A DNA stretch of 20,000 bases from an uncultured virus (IMG/VR IMGVR_UViG_3300024243_000011) (lineage: Duplodnaviria; Heunggongvirae; Uroviricota; Caudoviricetes), in the IMG/VR virus record IMGVR_UViG_3300024243_000011, positions 56,332-76,331 of that record. One strand, written 5' to 3'. Under the pieces are notes generated by a model. The model did not search any database, was not told the origin of the DNA, and saw nothing but the letters and a program-made list of their open reading frames with translations. Shown here piece by piece: positions 8,233 to 17,031 of this stretch. A program made the position numbers and the translations under genes. How positions within the stretch are numbered: the stretch's first letter is position 1; each line of letters begins with the position of its first letter.

Positions 8233-8846
8233 TTAATAAAGATTTAAATATATTGTATGTAATTCCTGCTAGGGGTGGATCTAAAAGGTTAAAAAATAAA
8301 AACATATATGTTGTAAATGGCAAGCCTTCTATAATCCATACTATAGATGCTGTTTTGGACTCTAAATATGTGTATTGTGGGAGTATGAAAAATAATATTG
8401 TAATTACCACTGAAAGCGATAAAATAAAAATTTGTGTTATAAACAATTGTTGTAATTATGATGACTTTAAAAAAATTAATGTTATTGATAGGCCTGATGA
8501 GTTGGCTAAAGATGATGTTTGGAGGCAGGAAGTATTAAAACATGCAGTTGATAAGTTTGAGAGAGATAATAATGTTAGGTGCGATATAGTGGTATCGCTC
8601 CAGGCCAATTCTCCAGAAATAGAAGGTGTTCATATTGACTTAGCTATTGATAAGCTTATTGAAAATAATTTGTATGAATGTGTTTCTGTTGACAGTGATT
8701 TTATTACCGACGGAGCTATTCGTGTTATGAAAAGAGATTGTGTTTGGCAGGAAGCATTAAGTTGTTATTTAGGGTTTATAGTTACTGATTATATTGATGT
8801 TCATTATGTTGAAGATATTATTTCTATAGAATCTAAATATAATTAA
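8229..8846 (+). CDS. neuA: Acylneuraminate cytidylyltransferase (NeuA-like CMP-nonulosonate synthetase)
   Basis: VIPARGGSKRLKNKN, RPDELAKD, LQANSP, IDVH..ED motifs. ATGA overlap at 8229-8232. Confidence 0.85.
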   Translation: MINKDLNILYVIPARGGSKRLKNKNIYVVNGKPSIIHTIDAVLDSKYVYCGSMKNNIVITTESDKIKICVINNCCNYDDFKKINVIDRPDELAKDDVWRQEVLKHAVDKFERDNNVRCDIVVSLQANSPEIEGVHIDLAIDKLIENNLYECVSVDSDFITDGAIRVMKRDCVWQEALSCYLGFIVTDYIDVHYVEDIISIESKYN

Positions 8847-8890
8847 TTTTTTTCTTTATTTTTAAAGGTTAATGTAATATAATGTAATTA

Positions 8891-9574
8891 ATGGAAAACT
8901 TTATAAAAAAAATAAGTGTTGTTGTAACTTGCTATAATTATGGTATATGGTTGGAAAGGTGTGTTAGAAGTCTTCTTAATCAGAAGAATTTTTATGATTA
9001 TGAGATTATAATAGTTGATGATTGTAGTAGTGATATTACCCCGTCTGTGTGTGGCAAATTAGTTTCTTTATATAACAAACAAAATAATGTTAAATTTATT
9101 AGACTTGATTCTAATTGTGGCCTTCCGATTGCAGCTAATATTGGCATACAAAATTGTATTGGTCAATATGTTGTTAGGGTTGATGCAGATGATTATGTTG
9201 CATCTGATTTTTTATATTTATTAGATAGGTTTTTACAATTAAATAAAGATAAATACCAAGCTGTTGCATGTGATTATTTTAAGGTTGATTCAAATGAAAA
9301 TAGGATTAGCAGGTTTAGTTGGGAAACTGAACAAATAGCTTGTGGTATACTTTATAATAAAACTTTCCTATATGATGTTGGTTTATATAATAATGATTTT
9401 AAATTTAGAGAAGGTCATGAATTAAATAAGAGGTTTAGTGAAAAGTATAATATTGGTGTTTTGGAAATGCCAATTTATAGATATAGAATACATAATAATA
9501 ATAGGACTATTGACATGTCTGAAGAAGTAAAAAAATATGATCTTAAACTGATGGATGGTGATAAAAATGAGTGA
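8891..9574 (+). CDS. Glycosyltransferase family 2
   Basis: ISVVVTCYNY, EIIIVDDCSSD, N.GLP.A.N.G, RVDADD, Y.YRIH motifs. Confidence 0.92.
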   Translation: MENFIKKISVVVTCYNYGIWLERCVRSLLNQKNFYDYEIIIVDDCSSDITPSVCGKLVSLYNKQNNVKFIRLDSNCGLPIAANIGIQNCIGQYVVRVDADDYVASDFLYLLDRFLQLNKDKYQAVACDYFKVDSNENRISRFSWETEQIACGILYNKTFLYDVGLYNNDFKFREGHELNKRFSEKYNIGVLEMPIYRYRIHNNNRTIDMSEEVKKYDLKLMDGDKNE

Positions 9575-10496
9575 GTTTATTGCGTGGTCAGGTAGGAATG
9601 AGCTTGACTTTAAGGTTAATTTGATTGCTGAAATTGGTATTAATCATAATGGCGATATGTCTTTGGCAAAAGATATGATTTTATCTGCTAAAGATTGTGG
9701 TGCTGATTTTGTAAAGTTCCAGTCTTGGCAAGAAAAAAAATTAAAGCATGGTCCATGGGATGACGGAGAAACATTTTGTTCATTTGATAATAAAAGGGAT
9801 TTTTATAAGAGTGTCGAATTGTCTGATGATCAGCATGTAGAATTAGTTAATTTTTGTAATAACAATGGTGTTAAGTTTTTAACTACATGCTTTGATGTTG
9901 GTAGAATTGACTTTTTAAATAGTTTGGGTATGGAATATATTAAAATAGCTAGTTCAGATGCATTTAATTTTGATTTGTTGGAGGCTGTGTCTAAGAAATT
10001 TAAGAAGATTATTATTTCAGTAGGAATGTTAAATAAAGATGAAATTATTAAATTAAATGATTTTTTATTTTACAATATTGGCAGCTTCAATAAGGATATA
10101 GTTATTTTACATTGTGTCTCTAATTATCCTGCTAAAAGATGTGACTTTAATGTAAATAAATTTATGTATATCAAGAACAATATTGTAAAAAATAATACTA
10201 ACAACTATTCAGGTTTTGGTCTTAGTGATCACACTGACTCTATAGATACTAGTGTGTTTGCTGTCTCTAATGGTGCCAACTGGATTGAGAAGCACTTTAC
10301 TTTAGATAAGAGTTCTGTTGGACCAGATAATGTATTTAGCTTAGAGCCAGTTCAACTTAAACAGCTAAGAACATATTGTGATTATTATACTGAGATTATG
10401 TCTAAATATGTAGGTAATGTTATTGATGGTGATTATTTTGAGGTTAATGATGCTGAGGTTGAGTTGAGCAAGGTAGTAAGGGGGAGGTTTGAATAA
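9567..10496 (+). CDS. neuB: NeuB-family nonulosonic acid synthase, lacking the C-terminal SAF/antifreeze-like domain
   Basis: IAEIGINHNGD, GADFVKFQ, KIASSD, LHCVSNYP, GLSDHT, IEKHFTLD, GPDN.FSL. The protein ends shortly after the TIM barrel. Confidence 0.92.
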   Translation: MSEFIAWSGRNELDFKVNLIAEIGINHNGDMSLAKDMILSAKDCGADFVKFQSWQEKKLKHGPWDDGETFCSFDNKRDFYKSVELSDDQHVELVNFCNNNGVKFLTTCFDVGRIDFLNSLGMEYIKIASSDAFNFDLLEAVSKKFKKIIISVGMLNKDEIIKLNDFLFYNIGSFNKDIVILHCVSNYPAKRCDFNVNKFMYIKNNIVKNNTNNYSGFGLSDHTDSIDTSVFAVSNGANWIEKHFTLDKSSVGPDNVFSLEPVQLKQLRTYCDYYTEIMSKYVGNVIDGDYFEVNDAEVELSKVVRGRFE

Positions 10497-11694
10497 TAAA
10501 AAAGTTTATAATCATGAGCCATGTATGTGTGATGGTATTAACGATTATTTATATAATGGTGTTTTGAATAATATAGCAGATCAGAGTTATAATAAAGAGT
10601 TTACAGACAAGCTTGTTAAGTATGTGTCTAAGTGTAATGATAAAATAAAGCTAAGTTTGTGCTCTAATGGAACCTCTGCCCTTCATGCTATTTTAAGGAG
10701 ACTTAATATTAAAGATGGACAAAAGGTTATTTGTCCAAATGTGTCTTTTGCATCTACTTGGAATGTTATTAGGTATGTGGGGGCCATACCTGTATTTGTA
10801 GACATAGATTCAGAAACATGGTGTATTGATGTTGATAAAATAGAAGACAAGATTGATAAAGATGTTGTTGCCATAATTGCTGTTGATTTATATGGAAACA
10901 TGTGTGATTATGATAGTTTAAGAAAGGTATGTGATAAACATAATTTAGTTTTAATTTCTGATGCTGCTGAATCATTTGGTTCTCTTTATAATAATAAGCT
11001 TGCGGGTTCTTTGGCTGATTATTCTATTTTTAGTTTTAATATTAATAAGCTGTTAACCTCTTCTGGTGGCGGTGCTATATTGTTTGATTATGATCGTGAT
11101 TGTGCGATCAAGCGTAGGACGTTTGTAGATAATGGTAAAATTATGGAAACAGAAGATTATTTTAATAAGTTAGTTGATCAAATGAAGGTTGGTTTTGATG
11201 GTCAATATAATTATTATGATGTTGGCTATAATTATAGAATGAATCCGATAAATGCAGCTATAGGCTTGTATAACTTTAATAATATTGATTACATTTTACA
11301 TTCTAAAAAAACACTAAGTAATTTGTATAAAATTAAGGTCACAGCAATTGAGGCAATGTTGTCTGCTGCTAAAATTGATGGTGATGTTAAGGTTAAATTT
11401 CAAAAAAATACTGATGGTTGTATGTCTAATAATTGGCTAAATGTGATTATGGTTTCAGATGAAACAACTAAGTATAACATGTTGTCAGCATTTAATGATA
11501 ACGATATTGAGGCAAGGCCGGTTTTTACACCAGCCAGTATGTTATCACATATGAGAGAATTTGTTAATGATGATGATGATTTTAAGAATAGCACTAAGTT
11601 TTATGAAAATTCTTTGTCTTTGCCATCTAGCGTTTCATTGGGGGCAGAGGAAGTTAAATTAATTTGTGATATTATATTTGATGTTTTGAGTTAG
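10489..11694 (+). CDS. DegT/DnrJ-family PLP sugar aminotransferase, LegC/PglE-like
   Basis: SNGTSALH, GAIPVFVDID, DAAESFGS, SFNINKLLTSSGGG (PLP Lys), GYNYRMNPINAAIG, LSLPSS. TTG start downstream of a purine-rich run; exact start uncertain. Confidence 0.9.
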   Translation: MNNKKVYNHEPCMCDGINDYLYNGVLNNIADQSYNKEFTDKLVKYVSKCNDKIKLSLCSNGTSALHAILRRLNIKDGQKVICPNVSFASTWNVIRYVGAIPVFVDIDSETWCIDVDKIEDKIDKDVVAIIAVDLYGNMCDYDSLRKVCDKHNLVLISDAAESFGSLYNNKLAGSLADYSIFSFNINKLLTSSGGGAILFDYDRDCAIKRRTFVDNGKIMETEDYFNKLVDQMKVGFDGQYNYYDVGYNYRMNPINAAIGLYNFNNIDYILHSKKTLSNLYKIKVTAIEAMLSAAKIDGDVKVKFQKNTDGCMSNNWLNVIMVSDETTKYNMLSAFNDNDIEARPVFTPASMLSHMREFVNDDDDFKNSTKFYENSLSLPSSVSLGAEEVKLICDIIFDVLS

Positions 11695-11711
11695 TCTTTG
11701 GAGGTTTTTTA

Positions 11712-13004
11712 ATGAGTAATTTTGGTATATTTAACGGGGTTAATCAGTCAGAGAATATTTGGCGCAGAGCTAAAAATGTTATAATGGATGGCACACAATT
11801 ATATTCTAAAGGGCCTATGATTGGTGTTGATGGTGTATACCCTAAGTATATTAAATCTGGAAAGGGAGCTTATGTTATTGATGAAGATGAAAATAGATTT
11901 ATTGATTATACTTCTGGAGTTGGCTCTGTTATACTTGGCTATAAAAATTCAAACGTTGATATGGCAATAATTAATCAGTTACAAAATGGAATTAATTTTG
12001 GTTTAGTTAACAAATTAGAAGTTGAAGTGGCTGAGTTGTTGTGTGACATTATACCATGTGCAGAAAAGGTTAGGTTTTTTAAAACTGGTGCGGCCTCAAC
12101 CTCTGCTGCTATAAGGTTGGCTAGGGCATATACTGGAAAAGATTTAATTATTAAGGGTGAATATCATGGTTGGCACGATTGGTGCATGGCTGCGTCCGAA
12201 AGAAATGCAGGAATTCCAGGTGACTTGAAGAACAGTGTTGTTTATTGTGAGTATAATGATATAGATAGTTTTGAAAAGGTTGTTAAAGATAATGATGTGG
12301 CAGCAATAATTTTAGAGCCAACTCAACTAGAGGCACCAAGAGATGGGTTTTTAAGTAAGCTTAGGATGTTATGTGATGACAATGGTGTGTTATTGATTTT
12401 TGATGAAATAGTTACTGGCTTTAGGTTTTCTATTGGTGGTGCTCAAGAATATTTTGATGTTATTCCAGATCTTGCGTGTTTTGGAAAGGGTATTGCTAAT
12501 GGTATGCCATTGTCTGCTGTCGTTGGTCGTAGTAATATTTTTGACAAGGTGTCTGATAGTATATTTATGTCAACTACATTTGGCGGTGAAACTTTATCTT
12601 TGGCCGCTTGCAAGGCAAACATACAATATATGTTAGATAATAATGTTTGTAGTTATTTGTGGGATATTGGCGCTAAAATAAAGGATGGGTTTAATATATA
12701 TTGTCAAGATAATGATATTCCATTAGAGTGTGTTGGTTATCCATGTAGATTATTATTTATAAGTAAACTTGACGATAAGGAGTTGGATGTTAATATTAGG
12801 TCTTTATTTTTGCAAGAGTGTGTTAAGGGGGGAGTCTTAATGGCATGGCAAGTTTTGCCTATGTTTGCACATTGTAATAATGATATTTTATATTCTATTA
12901 ATGTTTTTAAAGATGCTGCAAGTATTTGTGCTGAAGCTTATATAAACAATAACATTGGTGGCTTGTTGCAAGGAAAGCCTGTTAATTGGGTTGAGGTTTT
13001 ATGA
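11712..13004 (+). CDS. Class III aminotransferase (glutamate-1-semialdehyde aminomutase-like, sugar-cluster type)
   Basis: GGAGG RBS. Motifs IDYTSGVGSVILG, AIRLARAYTG, YHGWHDW, FDEIVTGFR, GKGIANGMPLSAVVG, STTFGGE. Confidence 0.92.
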   Translation: MSNFGIFNGVNQSENIWRRAKNVIMDGTQLYSKGPMIGVDGVYPKYIKSGKGAYVIDEDENRFIDYTSGVGSVILGYKNSNVDMAIINQLQNGINFGLVNKLEVEVAELLCDIIPCAEKVRFFKTGAASTSAAIRLARAYTGKDLIIKGEYHGWHDWCMAASERNAGIPGDLKNSVVYCEYNDIDSFEKVVKDNDVAAIILEPTQLEAPRDGFLSKLRMLCDDNGVLLIFDEIVTGFRFSIGGAQEYFDVIPDLACFGKGIANGMPLSAVVGRSNIFDKVSDSIFMSTTFGGETLSLAACKANIQYMLDNNVCSYLWDIGAKIKDGFNIYCQDNDIPLECVGYPCRLLFISKLDDKELDVNIRSLFLQECVKGGVLMAWQVLPMFAHCNNDILYSINVFKDAASICAEAYINNNIGGLLQGKPVNWVEVL

Positions 13005-14053
13005 TGGGTGACATTGATAAAAAATTGGCTGATTTTTTTAAAGACAAGGTTGTGTTAGTTACTGGCGGTGCAGGTACTATTGGCTCTGGCATTTGTAAGA
13101 AAATATTGGAATGTTTTGATGTTGAGCAACTTAGGGTGTTTGACAACAGTGAATATTTGCTATATAAATTTATTAATAGTGTCGAGTCTGATGAAAGAGT
13201 CAGGGTTTTGATTGGCGATGTTCGTGACGGTGATAGGCTAGATAGGGCAGTTAGTGGTTGTGACATTGTTATTCATGCTGCTGCTTTGAAGCATGTATTT
13301 TTTTGTGAGTTTAATCCAGATGAGGCTTATAAAACTAATGTTGGCGGCACCGAAAATGTTATTGATTCTTGTAGGAAGTTTGGTGTAGAAAGGGCTTTGT
13401 TGATATCAACTGACAAAGCGGTAAACCCTGTTAATGTTATGGGTACAACAAAATTATTGGCAGAAAAGTTGTTTCTAAATGCTATGGAAGTGGGTCGTAA
13501 AAATAAAAAAACTAAGTTTTCTGTGGTTAGGTTTGGTAATGTTTTTGGCTCTAATGGTTCATTTGTCGAGACTTTTTATAACAATATGTCTAATGATGAA
13601 GAAATATTAGTTACAAATTTAAGTGCTTCTAGGTATATGATGTCAATTGATGACGCTATCAATCTAGTCCTTAGATCGTTTGTGTTGGGTGAGCATGATT
13701 TATATGTTTTGAAAATGGACAAGTGTATTTTAAGGCATGTGTTACATGCATTGTGTTTACATTTTAATATAAATTTTGATGATCTTGTTATAAAAAAAAT
13801 TGGTTTGTTGCCTGGGGAAAAGCTGTGTGAAGAGTTGTTGACTGGACATGAAAAGGCTATGGCTGCTATATATGACGATTTTGTTATTGTTGATTATGAT
13901 AGGATACATTCTCATTTTATATCTGGAAACAATAATGGTTGTAACAATAGTTTAAGTGTTGATAAGGATAATTGTTTTGATGATTTTGGTGATATGTCTA
14001 TTGATGACATTGGTGTGCTGTTAGATAGATGGATTGAAGATAAAAGTAACTAA
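13001..14053 (+). CDS. Soluble UDP-GlcNAc 4,6-dehydratase (Polysacc_synt_2; CapD/PglF-type)
   Basis: VTGGAGTIGS, HAAALKHV..CE.NP.EA.KTNV.GT.NV, ISTDKAVNPVNVMGTTK (MxxxK catalytic variant), VRFGNVFGSNGS, PGEKL.EEL. Confidence 0.9.
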   Translation: MMGDIDKKLADFFKDKVVLVTGGAGTIGSGICKKILECFDVEQLRVFDNSEYLLYKFINSVESDERVRVLIGDVRDGDRLDRAVSGCDIVIHAAALKHVFFCEFNPDEAYKTNVGGTENVIDSCRKFGVERALLISTDKAVNPVNVMGTTKLLAEKLFLNAMEVGRKNKKTKFSVVRFGNVFGSNGSFVETFYNNMSNDEEILVTNLSASRYMMSIDDAINLVLRSFVLGEHDLYVLKMDKCILRHVLHALCLHFNINFDDLVIKKIGLLPGEKLCEELLTGHEKAMAAIYDDFVIVDYDRIHSHFISGNNNGCNNSLSVDKDNCFDDFGDMSIDDIGVLLDRWIEDKSN

Positions 14054-14072
14054 TGATTGGGGATTAAAAAAC

Positions 14073-15149
14073 ATGTTTAATGATTATAAGTTTGTTGTTG
14101 CTGGGTGTTGTGGTTCTATGGGTGCTAGAAGAATAGGTGTTATGATTAATAATTTCAATATTGATCCGTCTAATATTTATGGATATGATGTTAGTAATAA
14201 CAGTAAAGATAGAAGTTTTGATGGTGTTAATTATTTTGTTGGTACTGGGAACTTAGATGATGTTGAGAATTTGTTGAGGAATGAAGATAAGGTTGTTTGT
14301 TTTATATGTACTCCACCTAATAAACATATGGGATATTATAGATTGTTTAGCGAATATAATTGTCATATTTTTTGCGAAGCATCAGTATGCCCGTCAGACA
14401 GGTTTGCGTTATTAGACATATATGAAACAAGTAAAAATAATAATACAGTTGTATATCCATCTTCTACTTTGAAGTTTAAGGATTCTATTAGATATATAAA
14501 GGGTATTATTGATGATAATGTTATTGGCAAGCCACTTAGTTATATTTATAGAGTTTCACAGAATCTAAAACAATGGCACCCAGAACAAGATATTAATAGT
14601 TATTATGTGTCAAATGTTGACACTAGTGGTAGTAGAGAAATGATTCCATTTGAATTGTCATGGTTAGTCGATATCTTTGGGCCAATAGATTTTGACTCTA
14701 TGTGTTCGTTAGTTAAGTCAAGATCGGTTATAGGTAAAAACACTGGTATAAATGATTGTTATTCAGTTATTTTTGAACATATGCTTGATGTGTGTAATAA
14801 CAACTATGTTGGTGCTAATTTTTCTGTTGATGTTTATAGCCAAAAGCCGTATCGTAGGCTTTATTTATCTTGTGAGGGTGGTAATATAGAATGGGATTGG
14901 ATTGACAATAATGTTTCTGTATATATTAACAGTAATGATAATGAATTTTTACCTGAAAAAATTGTATACAAAGAGGAGAGCGTCAGTGTTTTAAATGGGT
15001 ATTCTGATTTTTCTACTCAAAAAATGTATGTTGATGAGGTTGGTCATTTTTTTGATTGTGTGTTGGGCAAAGATGTTCTTTGTAATACTTTATCTGATGA
15101 CAATTATGTGTTAACATGTTTAGATGTTATAGAGAGGAGAACAAAGTGA
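14073..15149 (+). CDS. Gfo/Idh/MocA-family oxidoreductase
   Basis: G.GSMG.RR nucleotide-binding start, FICTPPNKH, HIFCEA, L.QWHP, MY.DE..HF motifs. ATG 14073 follows GGGGA. Confidence 0.8.
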   Translation: MFNDYKFVVAGCCGSMGARRIGVMINNFNIDPSNIYGYDVSNNSKDRSFDGVNYFVGTGNLDDVENLLRNEDKVVCFICTPPNKHMGYYRLFSEYNCHIFCEASVCPSDRFALLDIYETSKNNNTVVYPSSTLKFKDSIRYIKGIIDDNVIGKPLSYIYRVSQNLKQWHPEQDINSYYVSNVDTSGSREMIPFELSWLVDIFGPIDFDSMCSLVKSRSVIGKNTGINDCYSVIFEHMLDVCNNNYVGANFSVDVYSQKPYRRLYLSCEGGNIEWDWIDNNVSVYINSNDNEFLPEKIVYKEESVSVLNGYSDFSTQKMYVDEVGHFFDCVLGKDVLCNTLSDDNYVLTCLDVIERRTK

Positions 15150-15150
15150 A

Positions 15151-16062
15151 ATGAAGAGAAGTAATGTTGTTGATGGTAAAAAGTGGATTGACAGATTTAA
15201 TATTAACAAAGATGGTTATATAAAGTATTTTTTTAAAAAGTTGTTTGGCTTATATAATAATAAAAATATAGCTATATTTGTATCTGCTAGGGATAAGTCA
15301 ACTAGGCTAAAAAATAAAGAGTTTAAGAGGTTGACGTGTCATTGTGGGGACACAGTTATTGATTATATTTTAAATAGGTTGTTGTGTTGTTTTTGTTCCA
15401 GCACTCCAATTTCTAGCATTCCAATTGTTTTATGTACATCATATTATAAGGATGATTATAAGTTTTTTGATATTGATACTGTTAATGATAAAGCAAGGTT
15501 TAAAAATAAAAATAATTGTGGTATAGCTGTTTATGCAGGCCATCCTGATGATAAGCTAGATAGGTATTATTCTTGTATGGAATATTTTGGGTTAGACGGT
15601 GCTATCATAATTGATGGTGATAATTTATTTACATCGTTTGGTGCAATTAAATATACATATGATAAGTTACAAGAAGGCTTTGAATATGTTTACTCTAACT
15701 ACAACGAGGTTCCCGATGGCTTATATTGTTATGGCATATCTAAGAAATCTCTTGAGGCAGTAATGGTTAATAAGAATAGCTCAGATACAGAAGTTTGGGG
15801 CCATTTATTTAAGGGTAAGTTTTATGAGAATGAATATATTTTTCCATATAAGTTTGATGATAGGTTAAGGTTAACTTTAGATTACGAAGAGGATTTTGAC
15901 TTTTTTAACATTATTTTAGATGCTTGTGTTAGTGTATATAATATTGATGTTCCACAAATACTAAATATACTAACAGATAATGAAGATTTATATAGTATTA
16001 ATTGTGGCAAGATAGATGAGTATAAAGAAAGGTTAAATGAAATTAAAGAAAGAACAAACTGA
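15151..16062 (+). CDS. SpsF/KdsB-like cytidylyltransferase
   Basis: IFVSARDKSTRLKNK, G.PDDKLDRY, IDGDN, RLTLDYEEDFDF are typical SpsF-like motifs. Confidence 0.82.
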   Translation: MKRSNVVDGKKWIDRFNINKDGYIKYFFKKLFGLYNNKNIAIFVSARDKSTRLKNKEFKRLTCHCGDTVIDYILNRLLCCFCSSTPISSIPIVLCTSYYKDDYKFFDIDTVNDKARFKNKNNCGIAVYAGHPDDKLDRYYSCMEYFGLDGAIIIDGDNLFTSFGAIKYTYDKLQEGFEYVYSNYNEVPDGLYCYGISKKSLEAVMVNKNSSDTEVWGHLFKGKFYENEYIFPYKFDDRLRLTLDYEEDFDFFNIILDACVSVYNIDVPQILNILTDNEDLYSINCGKIDEYKERLNEIKERTN

Positions 16063-17020
16063 TAAAAACATTGTATTGTTTTATAGCAGTCGTGCTGAAT
16101 ATTCTATATTAGAGCCTATTGTTAAACTGTATGGAAATTTTATAAATGTTGTAAATATAAATAATTGGTTTGATGGTGGTTTTAATTTAGAAGAGAATTA
16201 TTCGAAACTTGGCGATGTGTATAATGCAGCTTATTCTTTTATAGTTAATAATAATGTTGATGTCGTTGTTTTATTGGGCGACAGAAAGGAAATGTTTATG
16301 ACAGCATCAGCAGCGTTTATGGCTGGAGTCGAGTTGGTTCATTTGGCAGCAGGGGACTTGTCTGAAAAGATTACTACCTATGATGATTTTGTTAGACATA
16401 TTATAACATTAATGAGCAGCAAACAAGTTTGTTTCTCAGATAGTTCGCTTAGTGTTGTCAATGATATGTTTTCAGTGGTGAATAAAGAGTGTTGTGCTAA
16501 AGCTTTTAATAATCCATCATTTTCATTAATAGATTTAGATGTTATAAAAAATAAAGTTTTTGACTGTAAAGATATTTATGATAATATTGTAGATAATAAT
16601 GAGAAATATATTTTATTTTTAGTACATCCAGAAAATGATGTTAACAATACTAAGAAAATAGCTGGTAGCATAGAAGAGCATTGTAATTTTTATGTTAATA
16701 AAGGTTATAGTTTGGTTTTTATATTTGGTAATAAAGATCTTAATTATGAACTTATTTATAATAAAATATGTAACATTAAGCTTGAGTTTACAAATATGGT
16801 TTTTGTTTATAATAATTTAGAGAAGGATAGTTTTTTGAACTTAGTTGTTAATTGTGGCAAGTTTATTTCTAATAGTTCTTGTTTGTATTATGAAATACCA
16901 AAGTTGATTGATATGGATAATGTTATATTTTTAGGGGATAGAAATTATAAAAGAAATTGTGGTAATGTTAAATTTAATGATAAAAAAAATGTAAATGATA
17001 TATTTAATTTTATTTGGTAG
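16037..17020 (+). CDS. neuC: NeuC-like hydrolysing UDP-GlcNAc (derivative) 2-epimerase, divergent
   Basis: SSRAEYSIL, VLLGDRKE, HLAAGD.S...DDFVRHIIT, HPE, SNSS...E.P, GDRN..R correspond to the NeuC motifs TRAEYG, LGDRFE, HGGE, DE..RHAITK, GNSSS, G.RQ.GR. Confidence 0.8.
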   Translation: MKLKKEQTDKNIVLFYSSRAEYSILEPIVKLYGNFINVVNINNWFDGGFNLEENYSKLGDVYNAAYSFIVNNNVDVVVLLGDRKEMFMTASAAFMAGVELVHLAAGDLSEKITTYDDFVRHIITLMSSKQVCFSDSSLSVVNDMFSVVNKECCAKAFNNPSFSLIDLDVIKNKVFDCKDIYDNIVDNNEKYILFLVHPENDVNNTKKIAGSIEEHCNFYVNKGYSLVFIFGNKDLNYELIYNKICNIKLEFTNMVFVYNNLEKDSFLNLVVNCGKFISNSSCLYYEIPKLIDMDNVIFLGDRNYKRNCGNVKFNDKKNVNDIFNFIW

Positions 17021-17031
17021 GAGAACTTAAT

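Noticed and set aside
11712..13004. hemL (tetrapyrrole biosynthesis)
   Set aside because: The fold is similar, but YHGWHDW/STTFGGE motifs and the sugar-cluster context fit the polysaccharide-associated class III subgroup; no other hem genes are present.
9733..13799. A8 homopolymers (e.g. 9733-9740, 13792-13799) as phase-variation tracts
   Set aside because: Runs of this length are expected at this AT content, and all frames are intact.
13001..14053. pseB (C5-inverting dehydratase)
   Set aside because: The catalytic motif is MxxxK rather than YxxxK, and no PseG or PseH is present, so the symbol was not assigned.
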